Below are positions 1 to 12,899 of a DNA stretch of 64,000 bases, piece by piece. Positions within the stretch are counted from its first letter, which is position 1. Each line of letters opens with the position of its first letter. The translations under genes and the position numbers were made by a program. The notes under the pieces are model-generated. The model ran no database searches and was not told the origin of the DNA. It was given only the letters and a program-made list of their open reading frames with translations. Origin of the DNA: Paragordius varius (lineage: Eukaryota; Animalia; Nematomorpha); contig OZ176060.1 of assembly GCA_964247055.1 (NCBI GenBank), positions 1,364,001 through 1,428,000 of the forward strand, written 5' to 3'.

Positions 1-145
1 TTTAAAATAAATGATTTAAAAGTTATATATGTGAAAACATAGATATATTTTCTAAATAAACGATAATTAATAGAGAAAAGTTAATAGCGAAAGGTATAAT
101 CGAGGCTTAGTATAAAAAAACGGAATTTCAAACTCTTAATTTAAC

Positions 146-1173
146 CTTGTGATGACATTAGGAGATTAACGTATTCCAGCACGTCCAAAAAGAGTTCATT
201 ACGGCGATACTTTATACCTTCTCGGCGCCAACCAATTTGCCCCGTGACCTGAGATGTGATTTGAGCTTGTTCTTCACGTGACTAATGTTACACAAGGAAA
301 AAAATGTGACAAATAATTGGTTTATATAGACTTCAAAATTTTTGAAAAAAATAGAAAAATGAAAAATAGCGTATTATCAAAACAATTAATAAGAGTATTA
401 ATATAATGCAAAATTTTTGTAATATTTATCAAATAATTTTGTAAAAAAATTATTTATAGAAAAGACATAAAAAGTCCGATTTAAAAATTATTTAAAATAA
501 AGAATAAGGGTTTTTGGGTTATATTGATCTAACATTTATTGTTCAAAAAATATTAGTATTTAGCAGATTACCTGAGATTTGATACCTTGCTGAGTTATAA
601 ATGTTTTAAGTATTCCGACATCAGTATTTTGCACGTAACCAAAATCCAATATTTCTAAACAAATCTCAAATTAGCTTATAAAAAATTAATAAATAAATTC
701 CATGGGTGTATTATATATAAAACTCTCCTGACAATGTGTTTGGGAAAAATTTATTATCAGTAAATTACAAGCCATAAAATAAAAAAAATTACCATCTAAA
801 AGTTCATATATAAGGACAAAATTATTTTTGACGTTATCCTCAGTAATTTTCCCAAAATATTGATTCATTAGGTAAACGAGCCGATTAAGGAATTCGAATA
901 CCATGGCAGCATTCACATTTTGTTTCGTTACGGCCGTGATCCATAAATTAGATCTTCGAATGGCAAAAAAATTAGTTCTAGCAATACTGGTTACAGGTGA
1001 TCGGATTTGTTGTCTTGCATGAATTACATTAACGCGAAATGCATCAACAGCGTTTCGGCTATAAAAAAAGAAATCGTTTACAATTCTTAAAGAATTTACC
1101 CAATGTTATCTCGATAAATGCGGGATATGAGAACTTCGCCTTTGTGATTATAGATAAAGATTGCACCAATCAT
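146..1173 (-). CDS. AP2M1: AP-2 complex subunit mu, 5' part; exons 1173-1100, 1058-793, 654-572, 281-146; continues beyond window start
   Basis: Spliced translation [56 protein letters not shown]...[23 protein letters not shown]...[46 protein letters not shown] is the recognisable mu2 N-terminus. GT-AG introns of 41, 138 and 290 nt keep frame. Confidence 0.95.
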
Positions 1174-3589
1174 ACCTGAAATGTGTACCGATTAATTTTT
1201 TGAAAGCATGTTGGCCCGTGTAAAACAATGCACGAGGAAAAATAATGTAACTCATCAAAATAATTTTTTAAATAATATTCGTAAGCTTAACAGTTGGTTT
1301 TATATTACAATTGGTTGTCCCAGGTAACTTAAAAAATATATATTATTTACAAATTAAGAGCTAAGTTTTATGCTTTAAATAATAATAATAAACTATATAA
1401 TTTAGATAAAATTTATTTAGGATAAAACATTCGCAATCAAACTTGGTAGCCATTTTAATTTAAGAACTTTTGGAAAATCAGAAATACGAAACATATATAT
1501 GTAAATAATAACTTACTACAACACATTTTCAGTGTTTTAATTCAAATTGGGGTGGTTCGATACGCGCTTGTTAAAATTAAATATATTAATTAAATCATGG
1601 CATTATATTATTAATAAATCGTAATATGATTCAAAAATACTTGATATTATTTGCTGAGAAGTAAAAACCAAAGGTAAAAACTTAGACATGACATGTGCAA
1701 AAACTAAATATAATAATAATGCAAAATATACCTTTTTGTTTATATTAATGTTAAATGTGATTTTAATAAAATAATAAACTTAATTTTAAGCATAGAATCC
1801 AATAGACACGATATTTGGCAAACATGTTGTAAAAAAATGGCGTCCAAGTAGTTGATATGGTACTTTTTTTCCAAAACTGAATATTATTTAAATATTTTAT
1901 TTATATATAATAAAATAGAAGCATATATTGGAACCGTTTCTTTCAGCATCTTTTTAAAAATCAAATAATATTGCTTGAGGTATTTAGGTTCCATTTGAAT
2001 CGAAGTATTAAGCGAAGTAACGAAAAAAATCACTTCATTACATTTTTTTATGCGCGATAATATTTTAAGGTAATTATCTAGAAACTAGCAAAGACACTGC
2101 TATAAAAGCATTTTTGGTTAAAATGTGGTTATTAAAACTTCTTCTTCTGTATTAGATATAAACTAGAAATTTTTACAGCTATTTGACTTTTAGAGCCCCT
2201 AATTCAGATAGCGAAAACACGATTGAAAAAAATATCTGATTAAAGCATAAAATATCAAAAAGTTGGTAATAGGTGTAATTTAAAAGCTTTTCAAAGTTAA
2301 AATATATAACTATTAAATTCATTTACTGTATCCACACAAAAAGATCCGATGAAATAGACATTCTTATAAGAAATGTATCAGGATTACCAGAGTACTTTTG
2401 TGTTTGGGTTACAAGTGATTAAAGAAAGATTTTCACATTTTTATGGTAGGTGCTCTATATCAGAAAATGGTAGGATTTGCATACATTTTTTGAATTAAAA
2501 TTTTTTGGTAAAAGCTAAATATTTTATCCGAAAAATATGAAAATATATTATACAGCACATTTAAAAGAAACAACATTATCAAATTTTAATTTTAAGATGT
2601 GGGCTCAACTCTTTTTTCTTTTCAATGGGCTAGTCCTTTTATAAACGCAACTATGCCGGGATAACGTGAAAATAAATTAAGATAAAGGTTAAATTTTAAT
2701 ATCAACTAAAAATATTAAATTTTTAACATAATTTTGTTGTTGTACAACTATAATCATGTTGGAAACGGTTTTAAAACGCTTTAAGATATTATACAAACCC
2801 TTTTTCTATATTATTAGATGATGAACATGTCTATCATTTTAAAATCATATGTTAAAGGTTGATTTTACAAATATTTTTTGTGAATATTTGTAAATAAACA
2901 AATATATATAAATTTGAAAAGGACAATTACACTGTGACACAACATTTTCTGGATCCAAATTTATTATTATTTTCTGATTCCTTATGGTATTGTGATCAGA
3001 TTTTTGTAAAAAAATATTTACTTACCCAGGTCGGTTTCGAGATATGGGACTTTTTCTATATTTAGACATATACAATATTTTCTCGTTTGTAAATATTTTT
3101 CATTAGATCAACAAATAATATGTGGCTTATAATACAAATTTTATTATAGACCACCAATTTATCCTTAAAATAGAAAAAATAAACTCAAAATATTCAATAC
3201 TTTTTGTTTTAGGGGGCAAAAACCCTCAAAAACGGGGGAACTTAACATTTTTTGACACAAATATTTTTCATCTTATTAAATGAAAACACATTTTATTTTA
3301 TGTTCTTGGATGTTAGTAATGTTTGTTTATTTATAAATATCATTGTGTAATAGCTTTGTGGACTTTTATTTTAAAAAATAAATTTAATTTTTACATCTTT
3401 TTTGCTGTTTTTTTATCTAAAAAAGCTAAATTTTACTCAGCTGCATATAATATATTCTTTATTTCATATGATATTTTTAAATATTTCCTACACTTAAATA
3501 TACTCTATATCAGCATTTTCATCAAGAATATCTTAGTATATACCCAAAATGTACAAAAAATATAATTATCACCCACATTTTTTTAAAAA

Positions 3590-3960
3590 CGCCGCAGTTT
3601 TAATAGGGCCGCAGGTATTATACATTTAATTTTAGGTTACGAGTCTTTTGAACGATGTGGTGTTTAAATCTAAAATGCAACCCAAAGAAAAAGAGGCATA
3701 GGTTGCATTGCGAACTTTTACTTAAAAATTTTTGGGAAATTAAAAAATAACAATTACCTGGAATTAGTTAATCGACTTTTTCTATAGGATGGGTATGTAT
3801 GTTATAATCCTATGTTATTTAAACATTTATATTCTTTTTTATCCAAAAATATAGGATGCCGCATGAATCTAAAGCTACATATGGTGAATTCCCATTAGGT
3901 TTTTCCCAAAGACGCCATCACAAAAAGAGCCGAAAAGGGACATCAGTTTTAAATCTTTCG
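3590..3960 (+). pseudogene. Decayed, intron-containing C-terminal transposase remnant (mirror copy ~5404-5774, minus strand)
   Basis: Reads VLIGPQ|VTSLLNDVVF...EKEA*VALRTF...FLGN...|GCRMNLKLHMVNSHLGFFP...EKGHQ, matching the GPQIR.L..D / GC.MS.K.HFL.SHLDFFP / GERFHQ motif series. GT-AG introns at 3615-3635 (21 nt) and ~3793-3855; contains stops and frameshifts. Confidence 0.7.
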
Positions 3961-4144
3961 AAAAAACTTATCGAAATAATATAAATTTAATTTGCGATTA
4001 TATATATATATATATATATGTATATAATATATAAATTATAATTTTATTTTACTTTCATTCAAAATCAAGATAGATTATCCGTGTCTTTTTGACCAAAATA
4101 TACACTTTCTTTAATATTTACTCCAATTAATTGAAGCATTAAAT

Positions 4145-5160
4145 TACATGTTTTCACTCGTGAGAGCGGTCATGTTATATAACTTGTCTCGCCATAGTAC
4201 TCTATCTATGGCGTCTTCTGCATTAAGCTCGTATTCTGCTAACTCTTTTTACTGTATACCCATTTCGATTTAGGCCGCCCACGTCCTCGTTTTCCTTCAA
4301 CTATATGACTATCTATTATTTTTGCAATATGATTAGTCTCCTTTCAATGTGCCCCAACCAACGTACCCTATTTTTTGACATTCTTTTCACTATTGATTTA
4401 ATATCTGTGCTCCCACGAATAAATCTATTCTCAATTCTATACTCTGTTGTTACCCCACACATCATTCTAAGCATTTTCAGTTCAGTCACGTTGAAATGTC
4501 TTTCTTCGGATTTTTTGACACTCCATGTTGAGGGTTGAACAACTGAACTCTATATCTTACCTTTCACTCTAACATCAATATTTGGATCCCATAACACGCT
4601 TGAAATTTTTTTCCAATTTATCCAACTGCTCTTTATTTTTAAATTAATATCATCGGTCAACGATCCAACTGAACTTAACTTAGCCCCCAAATATTTGCAC
4701 CTTTCTTTACCCTTTACAACCCAACTATCATCAACTTCCATTTCATGTTGTGGACCCCCAAAAGTAATAAGTTCGGTTTTTGCTTTATTTACTTTAAGAC
4801 CTTATTGATTCAGTATAATGACCCATCTGTTTACCGTTCGCTTTAACTCAGCCAATGAATCAGAAAAGATGATTATGTCATCTGCATACATTACGTCAAA
4901 CCTGACCTTACATTAACGACCTTGGCTATCTCGTCCATACAAATTATAAACAATAAGGGGCTGAGTGATGACCTTCGTAGACTCCGTGCTTTATTGAAAA
5001 GGGCTATGACAAACCTTGTGGAGTTTTAATCCTGGAGGTGTGCAATTTGTACATTATTTGTAACAACGTGATATAACTTTCTGTCACCTTTTTACGACGG
5101 AGACTTCAACAAATAGTTTATCTAGGAATCCTGTCAGAAGACTTTTCTCTCTCAATTAAA
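4145..5160 (-). mobile_element. RTE-type LINE 3' fragment (RT domain and C-terminus), forming the spacer of the foldback
   Basis: MYADDIIIFSDSLAEL...GLKVNKAKTE (YADD motif), KYLGAKLSSVGSLTDDINLKIKSSWINWKKISSVLWDPNIDVRVKGKI and DAIDRVLWR tail; in-frame stops. Confidence 0.88.
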
Positions 5161-6489
5161 ACCCCGTGTAACTCTTTCAATGAGAATTATATATTAAATT
5201 ATACGCAAATCCTCATTTAATGCTTCAATTAATTAGAGTAAATATTAAAGAAAGTATATATTTTGGTCAAAAAGACACGGATCTATCTTGATTTTGAATG
5301 AAAGTAAAATAAAATAATAATTTATTTAGTATATATATATATAAATATATATATATAAATATATAATCGCAAATTAAATTTATATTATTTCGATAAGTTT
5401 TTTCGAAAGATTTAAAATTAATGTCCTTTTTCGGCTCTTTTTGTGATGGCGTCTTTGGGAAAAACCTAATGGGAATTCACCATATGTAGCTTTAGATTCA
5501 TGCGGCATCCTATATTTTTGGATAAAAAAGAATATAAATGTTTAAATAACATAGGATTATAACATACATACCCATCCTATAGAAAAAGTCGATTAACTAA
5601 TTCCAGGTAATTGTTATTTTTTAATTTCCCAAAAATTTTTAAGTAAAAGTTCGCAATGCAACCTATGCCTCTTTTTCTTTGGGTTGCATTTTAGATTTAA
5701 ACACCACATCGTTCAAAAGACTCGTAACCTAAAATTAAATGTATAATACCTGCGGCCCTATTAAAACTGCGGCGTTTTTAAAAAAATGTGGGTGATAATT
5801 ATATTTTTTGTACATTTTGGGTATATACTAAGATATTCTTGATGAAAATGCTGATATAGAGTATATTTAAGTGTAGGAAATATTTAAAAATATCATATGA
5901 AATAAAGAATATATTATATGCAGCTGAGTAAAATTTAGCTTTTTTAGATAAAAAAACAGCAAAAAAGATGTAAAAATTAAATTTATTTTTTAAAATAAAA
6001 GTCCACAAAGCTATTACACAATGATATTTATAAATAAACAAACATTACTAACATCCAAGAACATAAAATAAAATGTGTTTTCATTTAATAAGATGAAAAA
6101 TATTTGTGTCAAAAAATGTTAAGTTCCCCCGTTTTTGAGGGTTTTTGCCCCCTAAAACAAAAAGTATTGAATATTTTGAGTTTATTTTTTCTATTTTAAG
6201 GATAAATTGGTGGTCTATAATAAAATTTGTATTATAAGCCACATATTATTTGTTGATCTAATGAAAAATATTTATAAACGAGAAAATATTGTATATTGTA
6301 TATGTCTAAATATGGAAAAAGTCCCATATCTCGAAACCGACCTGGGTAAGTAAAAATTTTTTTTGCACAAATCTGATCACAATACCATAAGGAATCAGAA
6401 AATATTAATAAATTTGGATCCTGAAAATTGACCCTAAATTTTGTTGCACAGTGTTATCTTGAAAAATTCTGAGTGGTTGAAATGTTTAT

Positions 6490-7640
6490 AACTGTGCAAC
6501 AAAATTCGGAGCCAATTACCTGGATCTTAAATTTTATTTTCTGTGGATCTGATCTAGGAAAAAAATTTTACTTATCGAGCACATTTTAGAGATATGGGAT
6601 TTTTCCTAATTTGGACAATTTCAAATTTTGTTTTTTTTTAGGTAAACAAATAGTATGTGGCCTATAACGATATATTTATTATAGACCTATTTATCTTCAA
6701 AAAAATAACTCAAAATATCCATTACTTCTCTTCTAGAGGGCAAAAACCCCAAAAATTGGGTAAGTCAACAATTTTTGACACAAATATTTTTTATTATTAT
6801 AATTCAGTAAAACAAATCTAATCTATGTTTGGATGTCAATAATGTTTGTAACATCAATATCATTATCAAATACATTTGTTGACTTTTAACTTTAGAATTA
6901 AATTTAATTTTTACACCTTTTTTGCTGTTTTATTTGAAGCTAAATTTTATTCAGCTGGAGGGAGATAATTCTTTATTTTATCTGATATTTTGAAATGTTG
7001 CTCATATATCTGGTGAACAATGCTAAATTTTATGCCTACAAATAATATATAATCCTATCAAAGTATGATATCCCACGGGTAAAAATATCGTATCTCACAT
7101 CAATTTAAGATAAACTATTAAAACTGTAAGGGTGTCGTTTGTGGACCGTTGTAGTAGGAAATTAAAATCTATCGAATATCTAAACTTTCCTTGCGCAATT
7201 CGTCCAGTTCCTCACTCCCCTGACCGTGTGAGTGGTCAACACTAAGAAGCACCACGCAAAAAGGGCCTTAAGAAATTATGAAGTTGGGCCCAAAAATCAG
7301 ATATTTTCCCCGTTAATATCGGTTAACTTGTCTCCATTGCACACACTGCTTGGATTGGCCAAAACATTTTTGTCTAATCTGGATAAAAATGACAAAGCTT
7401 GGGCCATTTCGGAAAATTTAGGATGCACCCGCAAAAATTAACGCGACAGTTTTGATAGGGCCATATATATTATACATTTAATTTAGGTGGCGACTCTTTT
7501 CAACGATTTGGCGTTTAAATCCAAAAAAGACCTGCATGGGTTGCATCGCGAACTTTTTCCAGAATTTTTTGAAAAATACAAAAATAACAATTACAGGAAA
7601 TTAGCCAATTGTTTAATCAACTCTTTCTATAGGATAAGTA
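6490..7640 (+). mobile_element. Second, more diverged Chapaev3-like left end with extra transposase remnant
   Basis: Begins AACTGTGCAAC (degenerate CACTGTG) and is colinear with arm 2930-3800. ORFs 7232-7441 (SPLHTLLGLAKTFL, PPLHIKLG-like) and 7487 onward (TLFNDLAF...NNYRKLANCLINSFYR). Confidence 0.7.
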
Positions 7641-7789
7641 TGTATAATATAATACACATGTATTTTTCTAGTTTTCTTTTATGCCAATGTCGATGTAAAA
7701 ACACGTTTGTTGTCCCGAGGCTGATAATATTGTGCTCCCATAGTTTGAATCTGATGTTCTATTATTTGTATTGTTGTTGAGCTTGTAGT

Positions 7790-8215
7790 CGATTATCGAC
7801 CATCTCGATTTTATAAAACTTACTGCTCTAGGTTCTGTCGTGGACTTTTTGACCTAGTTTTTGCAGTGACATTTTGGAAAGTGATAAAATTTTGTCTATT
7901 AAACATAAATCTTCGTCAACATCCTCTCTTGACTTTACTTTTTATATCACAATATTCTTTTCCAAAGAATGTCCTCGAATAATGTGTCCAAAATAACCGA
8001 ATTTTTGTTTTATTATTTTACCACGAAGCGTTGTTTGCGCGTTGATTTTGTTTACAATTTCGATGTTCTTTACTTTGTCCTTCCATGTTATACCAAGTAT
8101 ATTGCTCCAGCAGAACATTTCAAAAGCTTTTATTCTTTTCATGTCATAACTTTTAATAGTCAGTTTTCCCAACCGTATATATTATGTTGTTGTAGCTAAG
8201 ATCGAGAAGTTGTCT
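7790..8215 (-). mobile_element. RTE-type LINE 3' fragment
   Basis: ORF 7942-8172: KRIKAFEMFCWSNILGITWKDKVKNIEI...KFGYFGHIIRGHSLEK, typical RTE C-terminal motifs. Confidence 0.85.
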
Positions 8216-8263
8216 CTATTTCTTAAGTATAGTTACGCCATATTGTACGGTTAGGTGTGATGG

Positions 8264-8950
8264 GGTTGTGCATTTGACTGCTTTTTCAAAAAAGTCCGGT
8301 GAGACCCAGTCAGACCATGGTCACGACCAATTTTTTCTTAAGTAAATATAATGTCATATTGGAGATTGTAAAATAATGCTGATTGCGTTTCACTAATAAT
8401 TTCATGTTTTTTCTTAAAAGTTTGTGTCATACATTTTTTATTTTATTATCAACAAATATATTTAATCAAATTTATTCAAAAGTTTTATTTTGAAATAATT
8501 TTGCCATATTTTTGTGGTCTTCTAAATCTTTTAAATATCTTTTAACTCGATATTTCAAAAAATATTACCTAGTTTGTTTTACACTTTTTTCATCCATAAT
8601 TTAATATCCAAATATAAGATGTTTTTTTATTTTAATGGTTCACACATAGGTATTTACATCAAGGCTTGATGGTTTTGTTAATCGAAAATGGATATGCTTA
8701 AATGCTTATGTTATAAGGATGCATGTTAAGATATTGTTAAATAAGCCTATTTAAATATCGATTATTTAATATATATATATATTTAATTTATATAAAATAT
8801 ATTAAAAAACAATAAAATCTTACTACCTCTTCAAAAAAATTTGATAGCGATTTTTCAAAATATATATGTTTTTTAAATACCATGGTCAAAAAATAAACCC
8901 ACCTGGTCATGACCGTCTATTGACCGTGTCATGACTTCAGTACAACCCTA
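8264..8950. mobile_element. Non-autonomous hAT-like element
   Basis: Ends GGTTGTGC / GTACAACCCTA (TAGGG-type TIR, left end slightly eroded), flanked by GTGATGG duplication (8257-8263, 8951-8957); subterminal CATGGTCA/TCATGACC motifs at both ends. Confidence 0.5.
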
Positions 8951-10528
8951 GTGATGGCTATGAACTGTTGCATTGATAGTTGTTTCTTTAGTTAAATTAT
9001 CGATCGAACGCATTCATCTGCCACGTTTTCTTAAACCTTCAACTTTGCCCGACATAAGCTGATACTCCAAGTTTTTGGTTCTAGTGATGTGGCCGAATTA
9101 AGATAGTTTCATTTTAAAACATTAGCCGTATTTGCATATTTCAGGTTTAAATCGAGTCATAGACATGGTTTTTGATTCCTGTCCAATTTCTCTGTAGCAA
9201 TTTTATCCAGCACCACATTTCGAATGCATTGATATATCCTACATTACCTCTCTTTATTGTCCAACTCTCTGCAGCGTCAGCGGCGTACCGATGGGGAGGG
9301 GGGCAAGGAGGTGCATTATGCACCGGGCGCCTAAATGATTTTTTTAAATTAAATTTAAATTATGCGAAAATAATTATAACTTTCAAGTAAGATTTTTCAG
9401 CAACTTAGGTAATCCCTAAAATAATATAATTTATATAAATGAGATCAAGATCAAACATTATGCAAAAAACAACTTTCATTATACCTTTCAACATGTACAA
9501 ACTTATTTTTTCGCGTAAAAAACGTTTCTTTATCAAGCACATATTAAATTCTTTTGTCTTTAATTAAATTATTTTAAATTCTCGCTCTGTTTAAAACATT
9601 ATCTCTTAATTTTATAAATAATTCCATTTTTATTTTAACATATTCAATTTTAAAACCCAATTTATTTTATTTAAATCCCCAAGATCATTTCATCTCTAAC
9701 AAGGTATATTAACATAACCTTGCTTTTTATATTTACTTTCTTTTTCATCATATATCAATGCCTTAACTCAGCGGTTAATCAAATAACAAAAAATCCAGGA
9801 AAGAGATTAAAACAAATAAAATGCGAATGAGTATGAAATCTTATTTACGAAAAAATCTGACCTAACATTGAAAAAGTGTATGCGACACAAACATAATGGC
9901 ACCCCTTAATAATAACTTTAACATACCTGACACCCTAGTTATTGATCCAATATATAGAGATGAAACTAATACTATTAGTAAATTCAAGCCTTACACTTAT
10001 AGAGTTTAATGATGTCGCCCTTTAAAAATGATAATGTTCCTCCCGTAATATCTAATCAGCTTTGCACAAAAAGATTATTCGTGGATCTCATGTATATCAA
10101 AATAAATGGCATCTCTTTGAAACAAAAAACCATCGTTCAACGCCTCAATCTTGGTATTTGGACGTATCGATAAAAAAGAAGGATTGAAGTTGAGAGGTCT
10201 TGCTTTTTATATTCACCAAAGAGCAGATCTGTGTATTGTTATTGATGCCTACTTTTTGATCGATTTTATTACATCGAATATTAGCCTGCATATTTCTAAT
10301 CATCCACAATCTCCCTTTTCGAGGACATGTTGCAAGTTTAATGTATCTAGATGACTCAACACCGAATCCTGGATCTCTTATCTTTGCTAAAACTTGTAGA
10401 TTGGTTTGACCCAATAATGGGAGAACATGTGAGATCCAAAATCCAAAACGAGTTTATAAATCTTTTAGCTGAGTTAAAGCTAAATTGATCAATGACCTAA
10501 AAAAAGTAAATATTATGGACTTATTTGA

Positions 10529-11775
10529 GTGGGTAACAACGAGGGTTTGTAATGGAAATGATGTTAGAGTCGTCGTAAAATAACGCAAAAATAAAATATA
10601 ATCTATTAATTCTCGAATTTTCGCCATAGGCATCATCAGGAGATTAGTTAAGAAAAATATATCTAAAATAAGATAATAAAAATTAAATGAAAAAAAAATG
10701 AACAAAATCATGGTTGATATTACTTTTATAGGAAAAAATCACAAAAGAACCGTTAGTGGACAAAAGAAAGAAAGAAAGAAAGATCACAAAGAAACCGTTG
10801 TGATATAAAATAATCAAATGTGCATTTTCTATAAATAAAATAATAATTTAACATGAAACAATGTAAGCACAAAATTATTAAAATTTAAGTACACTGTAAA
10901 ATGGTTTGTGATTAAAAATTCGATAATTTTTGATAAACGATTCAGTTTCAGGGTTTTTATCTTTCCTTTCTTCACGGAGATTAAGTAAACCATCATCTGC
11001 GCTCTGTGTAAAGAGTGCTTCTTTTGTTATCCTTGAACTATACTCTCTTTCCACAGTTTAAACGTCAATTCTGTTTGAGCACTCATGGTTGTTATCCATG
11101 CAATGCAGAAACATGACTGAACTTTTGCTTTATTGATGTTCCTTATATCTTATTTTTAAGTTCCGCTTCGACTGGCCTATGTAAATTGCCGGGCAATTCT
11201 TGCATTTCAACTTGCATAACGTGTTTTCCATTTCCACTTCCTAGACTTTAACATTTTTAAAACGTTCGATGTTGGTTTATAAACCACTTTTATGGTATCT
11301 TTCTTTTTTGAAATTCTCCCGAGATTTTCTGATGTAGCGCTATAGGGTAAGCACGAAATTTTACACGATTGTTTTTTCCGGAGGGATGAATAGTTTCGTC
11401 TGTTGACTGTGAGGTTTCTGTGGGAAGGATGGGTAGGCATCAATCACAAACCATTTTACATAAATTTCAATAAGTTAAATTATTATTTTATTTATAGCAT
11501 TAATTTTTTTTATAAAAAATGCACATTTGGTTTATATATTTCACAACGCCTTCTTTGTGATCTTTCTTTCTTTTGTCCATTAACGGCTCTTTTGTAATTT
11601 TTTCCTATATATAAGTAATATCAACCATGATTGTTTTTTTTTTAATTTAATTTTTATTATCTTATTTTATATATATTTTTCTTAACTACTCTCCTGATGA
11701 TGCCTATGGCCAAAATTTGAGAATCAAGAAATTTTGATTTTTAAGTTATTTTACGACGATCCCAACATTATGTTA
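10529..11775 (-). mobile_element. 5'-truncated Penelope-like element with inverted pseudo-LTR (~10560-10850 / ~11473-11768)
   Basis: Flanked by 7-bp duplication TATTTGA (10522-10528, 11776-11782) that splits the hAT YYGL|FDST coding sequence. Internal minus-strand remnant LPYSATSENLGRI...IKVVYKP...CKNCPAIYIGQSKRNLKIRYKEH is a GIY-YIG endonuclease. Confidence 0.8.
11690..11730 (+). ncRNA. Degenerate minimal type I hammerhead-like motif in the PLE terminal repeat (mirror copy ~10605-10642, minus strand)
   Basis: CTGATGA-T-GCCTATGGC-(C)AAAA here; CTGATGA-T-GCCTATGGC-GAAA in the other copy; followed by short palindromic TT(T/C)GAGAAT and a UH triplet. Minimal hammerheads are known in PLE pseudo-LTRs. 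Confidence 0.5.
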
Positions 11776-12899
11776 TATTTGATTCAACACCAGATATAGC
11801 GCATTGTGAATAAATTTCTCAAGTTGCCAGGTATTCATTATTAGAAAAAGAGTTGTCATAAAGGAATCCTTTTGGGTTTTTTTCAGTTATACAACAAAGA
11901 TGCAATGTCAATTGAAAAGGTAATTTAGAAAATTTAAATATGGATAATATTCAGTTATCAAATTGTAGATCTCAATTCTATGATAATGCAGCTGTGATGT
12001 CGGGTCACATTTCAGGCGTTCAACAAAGAATTCTGGAAAAAATAAAAGAGCAATATTTAATTGTGACAATCATTCCCTAAATATAGTAGGAGTCACGATA
12101 GCAAAACAAGATGTTATTGTTGTGACTTGTTTCGGAATAATTAAAAATAACCATCTTTTTTAACTACTAGATGGGACCTATTGAAAATAAAAAAAACTGT
12201 TAAGCGTGAGACGGAGTGCTAGAATTTAAGCACTTAATGCCATTGTTGAGGGAATACATGATTGAGCTTTTAAGATTTAAGGGAAAATACTTCAAATATT
12301 ATTGAAACAAGGAGTGAGGCATCCATTTTACTTAGAGTGTTTTAAATTTTTATTTTTTTAACAATAATTTTTTTCTGCCATCAACGAATAGATAGGGTTT
12401 AACAAAGATTGCAAGATCCTAAAATTAATAAAGAAGCATTTAAGGACGTTTATATTTTTTTACTAAATTGTTTTATTGGCTTTCAATAAGGGAGGGGGAG
12501 GGGGCGCCATAAAGGTTTAATGCCCCGGGCGCCGCAAATGCTCGGTACGTCACTGTGCGGCGTGCCGCATGCTTGGGAAGATCATAGGTTTTAGTATGAT
12601 CTTGGTTTTAAGATTGATATCGTGGGATGCTTATAGATTATTGTATTTTATCATATTAACTTTACCGATTGCTATTCCTCTTCTGTCTAGGTTTTTATTG
12701 TTAGAGGTAATTAGACTACCAAGATAAATGATTTGTGTCACTACGATTTGGGTGCCCATAAATGTTTAGGTATTGTATTGAATTTGTGAGTTCATGTGGA
12801 TTATTGTTTTATAATAATTGATGTTTAGACCGAATTTTTGACATTCGGTGGTAAATTGTATTAGTAAAATGAGGTTGTCTACAATGTTGGTTAGTAAAA

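Larger units (their letters stand above)
2930..6453. mobile_element. Chapaev3-like (CMC superfamily) foldback DNA transposon derivative with ~1.2-kb inverted arms (2930-4144 / 5215-6453)
   Basis: Termini CACTGTG...CACAGTG with 3-bp TTA on both sides (2927-2929, 6454-6456). Arms are near-identical inverted copies (mirror ORFs 3323-3565/5799-6041) and carry transposase remnant motifs. Family assignment rests on recalled motif and TSD knowledge. Confidence 0.8.
9278..12555 (+). mobile_element. Decayed hAT transposon (ZMYM1/DUF4371-type transposase pseudogene)
   Basis: TIRs CAGCGGCGTACCGA / TCGGTACGTCACTG; 8-bp TSD TGCAGCGT / TGCGGCGT (7 of 8 match). Remnant motifs SKIQNEFINLLAE...KYYGL|FDSTPDIAH...CRSQFYDNAAVMSGHISGVQQRI...CDNHSLNIVG with many frameshifts. 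Confidence 0.9.
8951..12790 (-). mobile_element. RTE-type LINE 3' fragment split by the hAT insertion (pieces 8951-9277 and 12556-12790)
   Basis: Reads YLGSLIT...KTKIILKPMIFPSMRHA|AESWTIKR...INAFEMWCW...FGHITRTKNLEYQLMSGKVEGLRKRGR, continuous across the hAT site. Confidence 0.8.

Noticed and set aside
1834-1842. AAAATGGCG YY1-like promoter motif / divergent gene start
   Set aside because: Single short motif; the ATG is followed by a stop after four codons and I could not build a downstream exon chain.
3323-3565. 80-aa ORF duplicated at 5799-6041
   Set aside because: Low-complexity F/I/Y/K translation of the AT-rich foldback arm.
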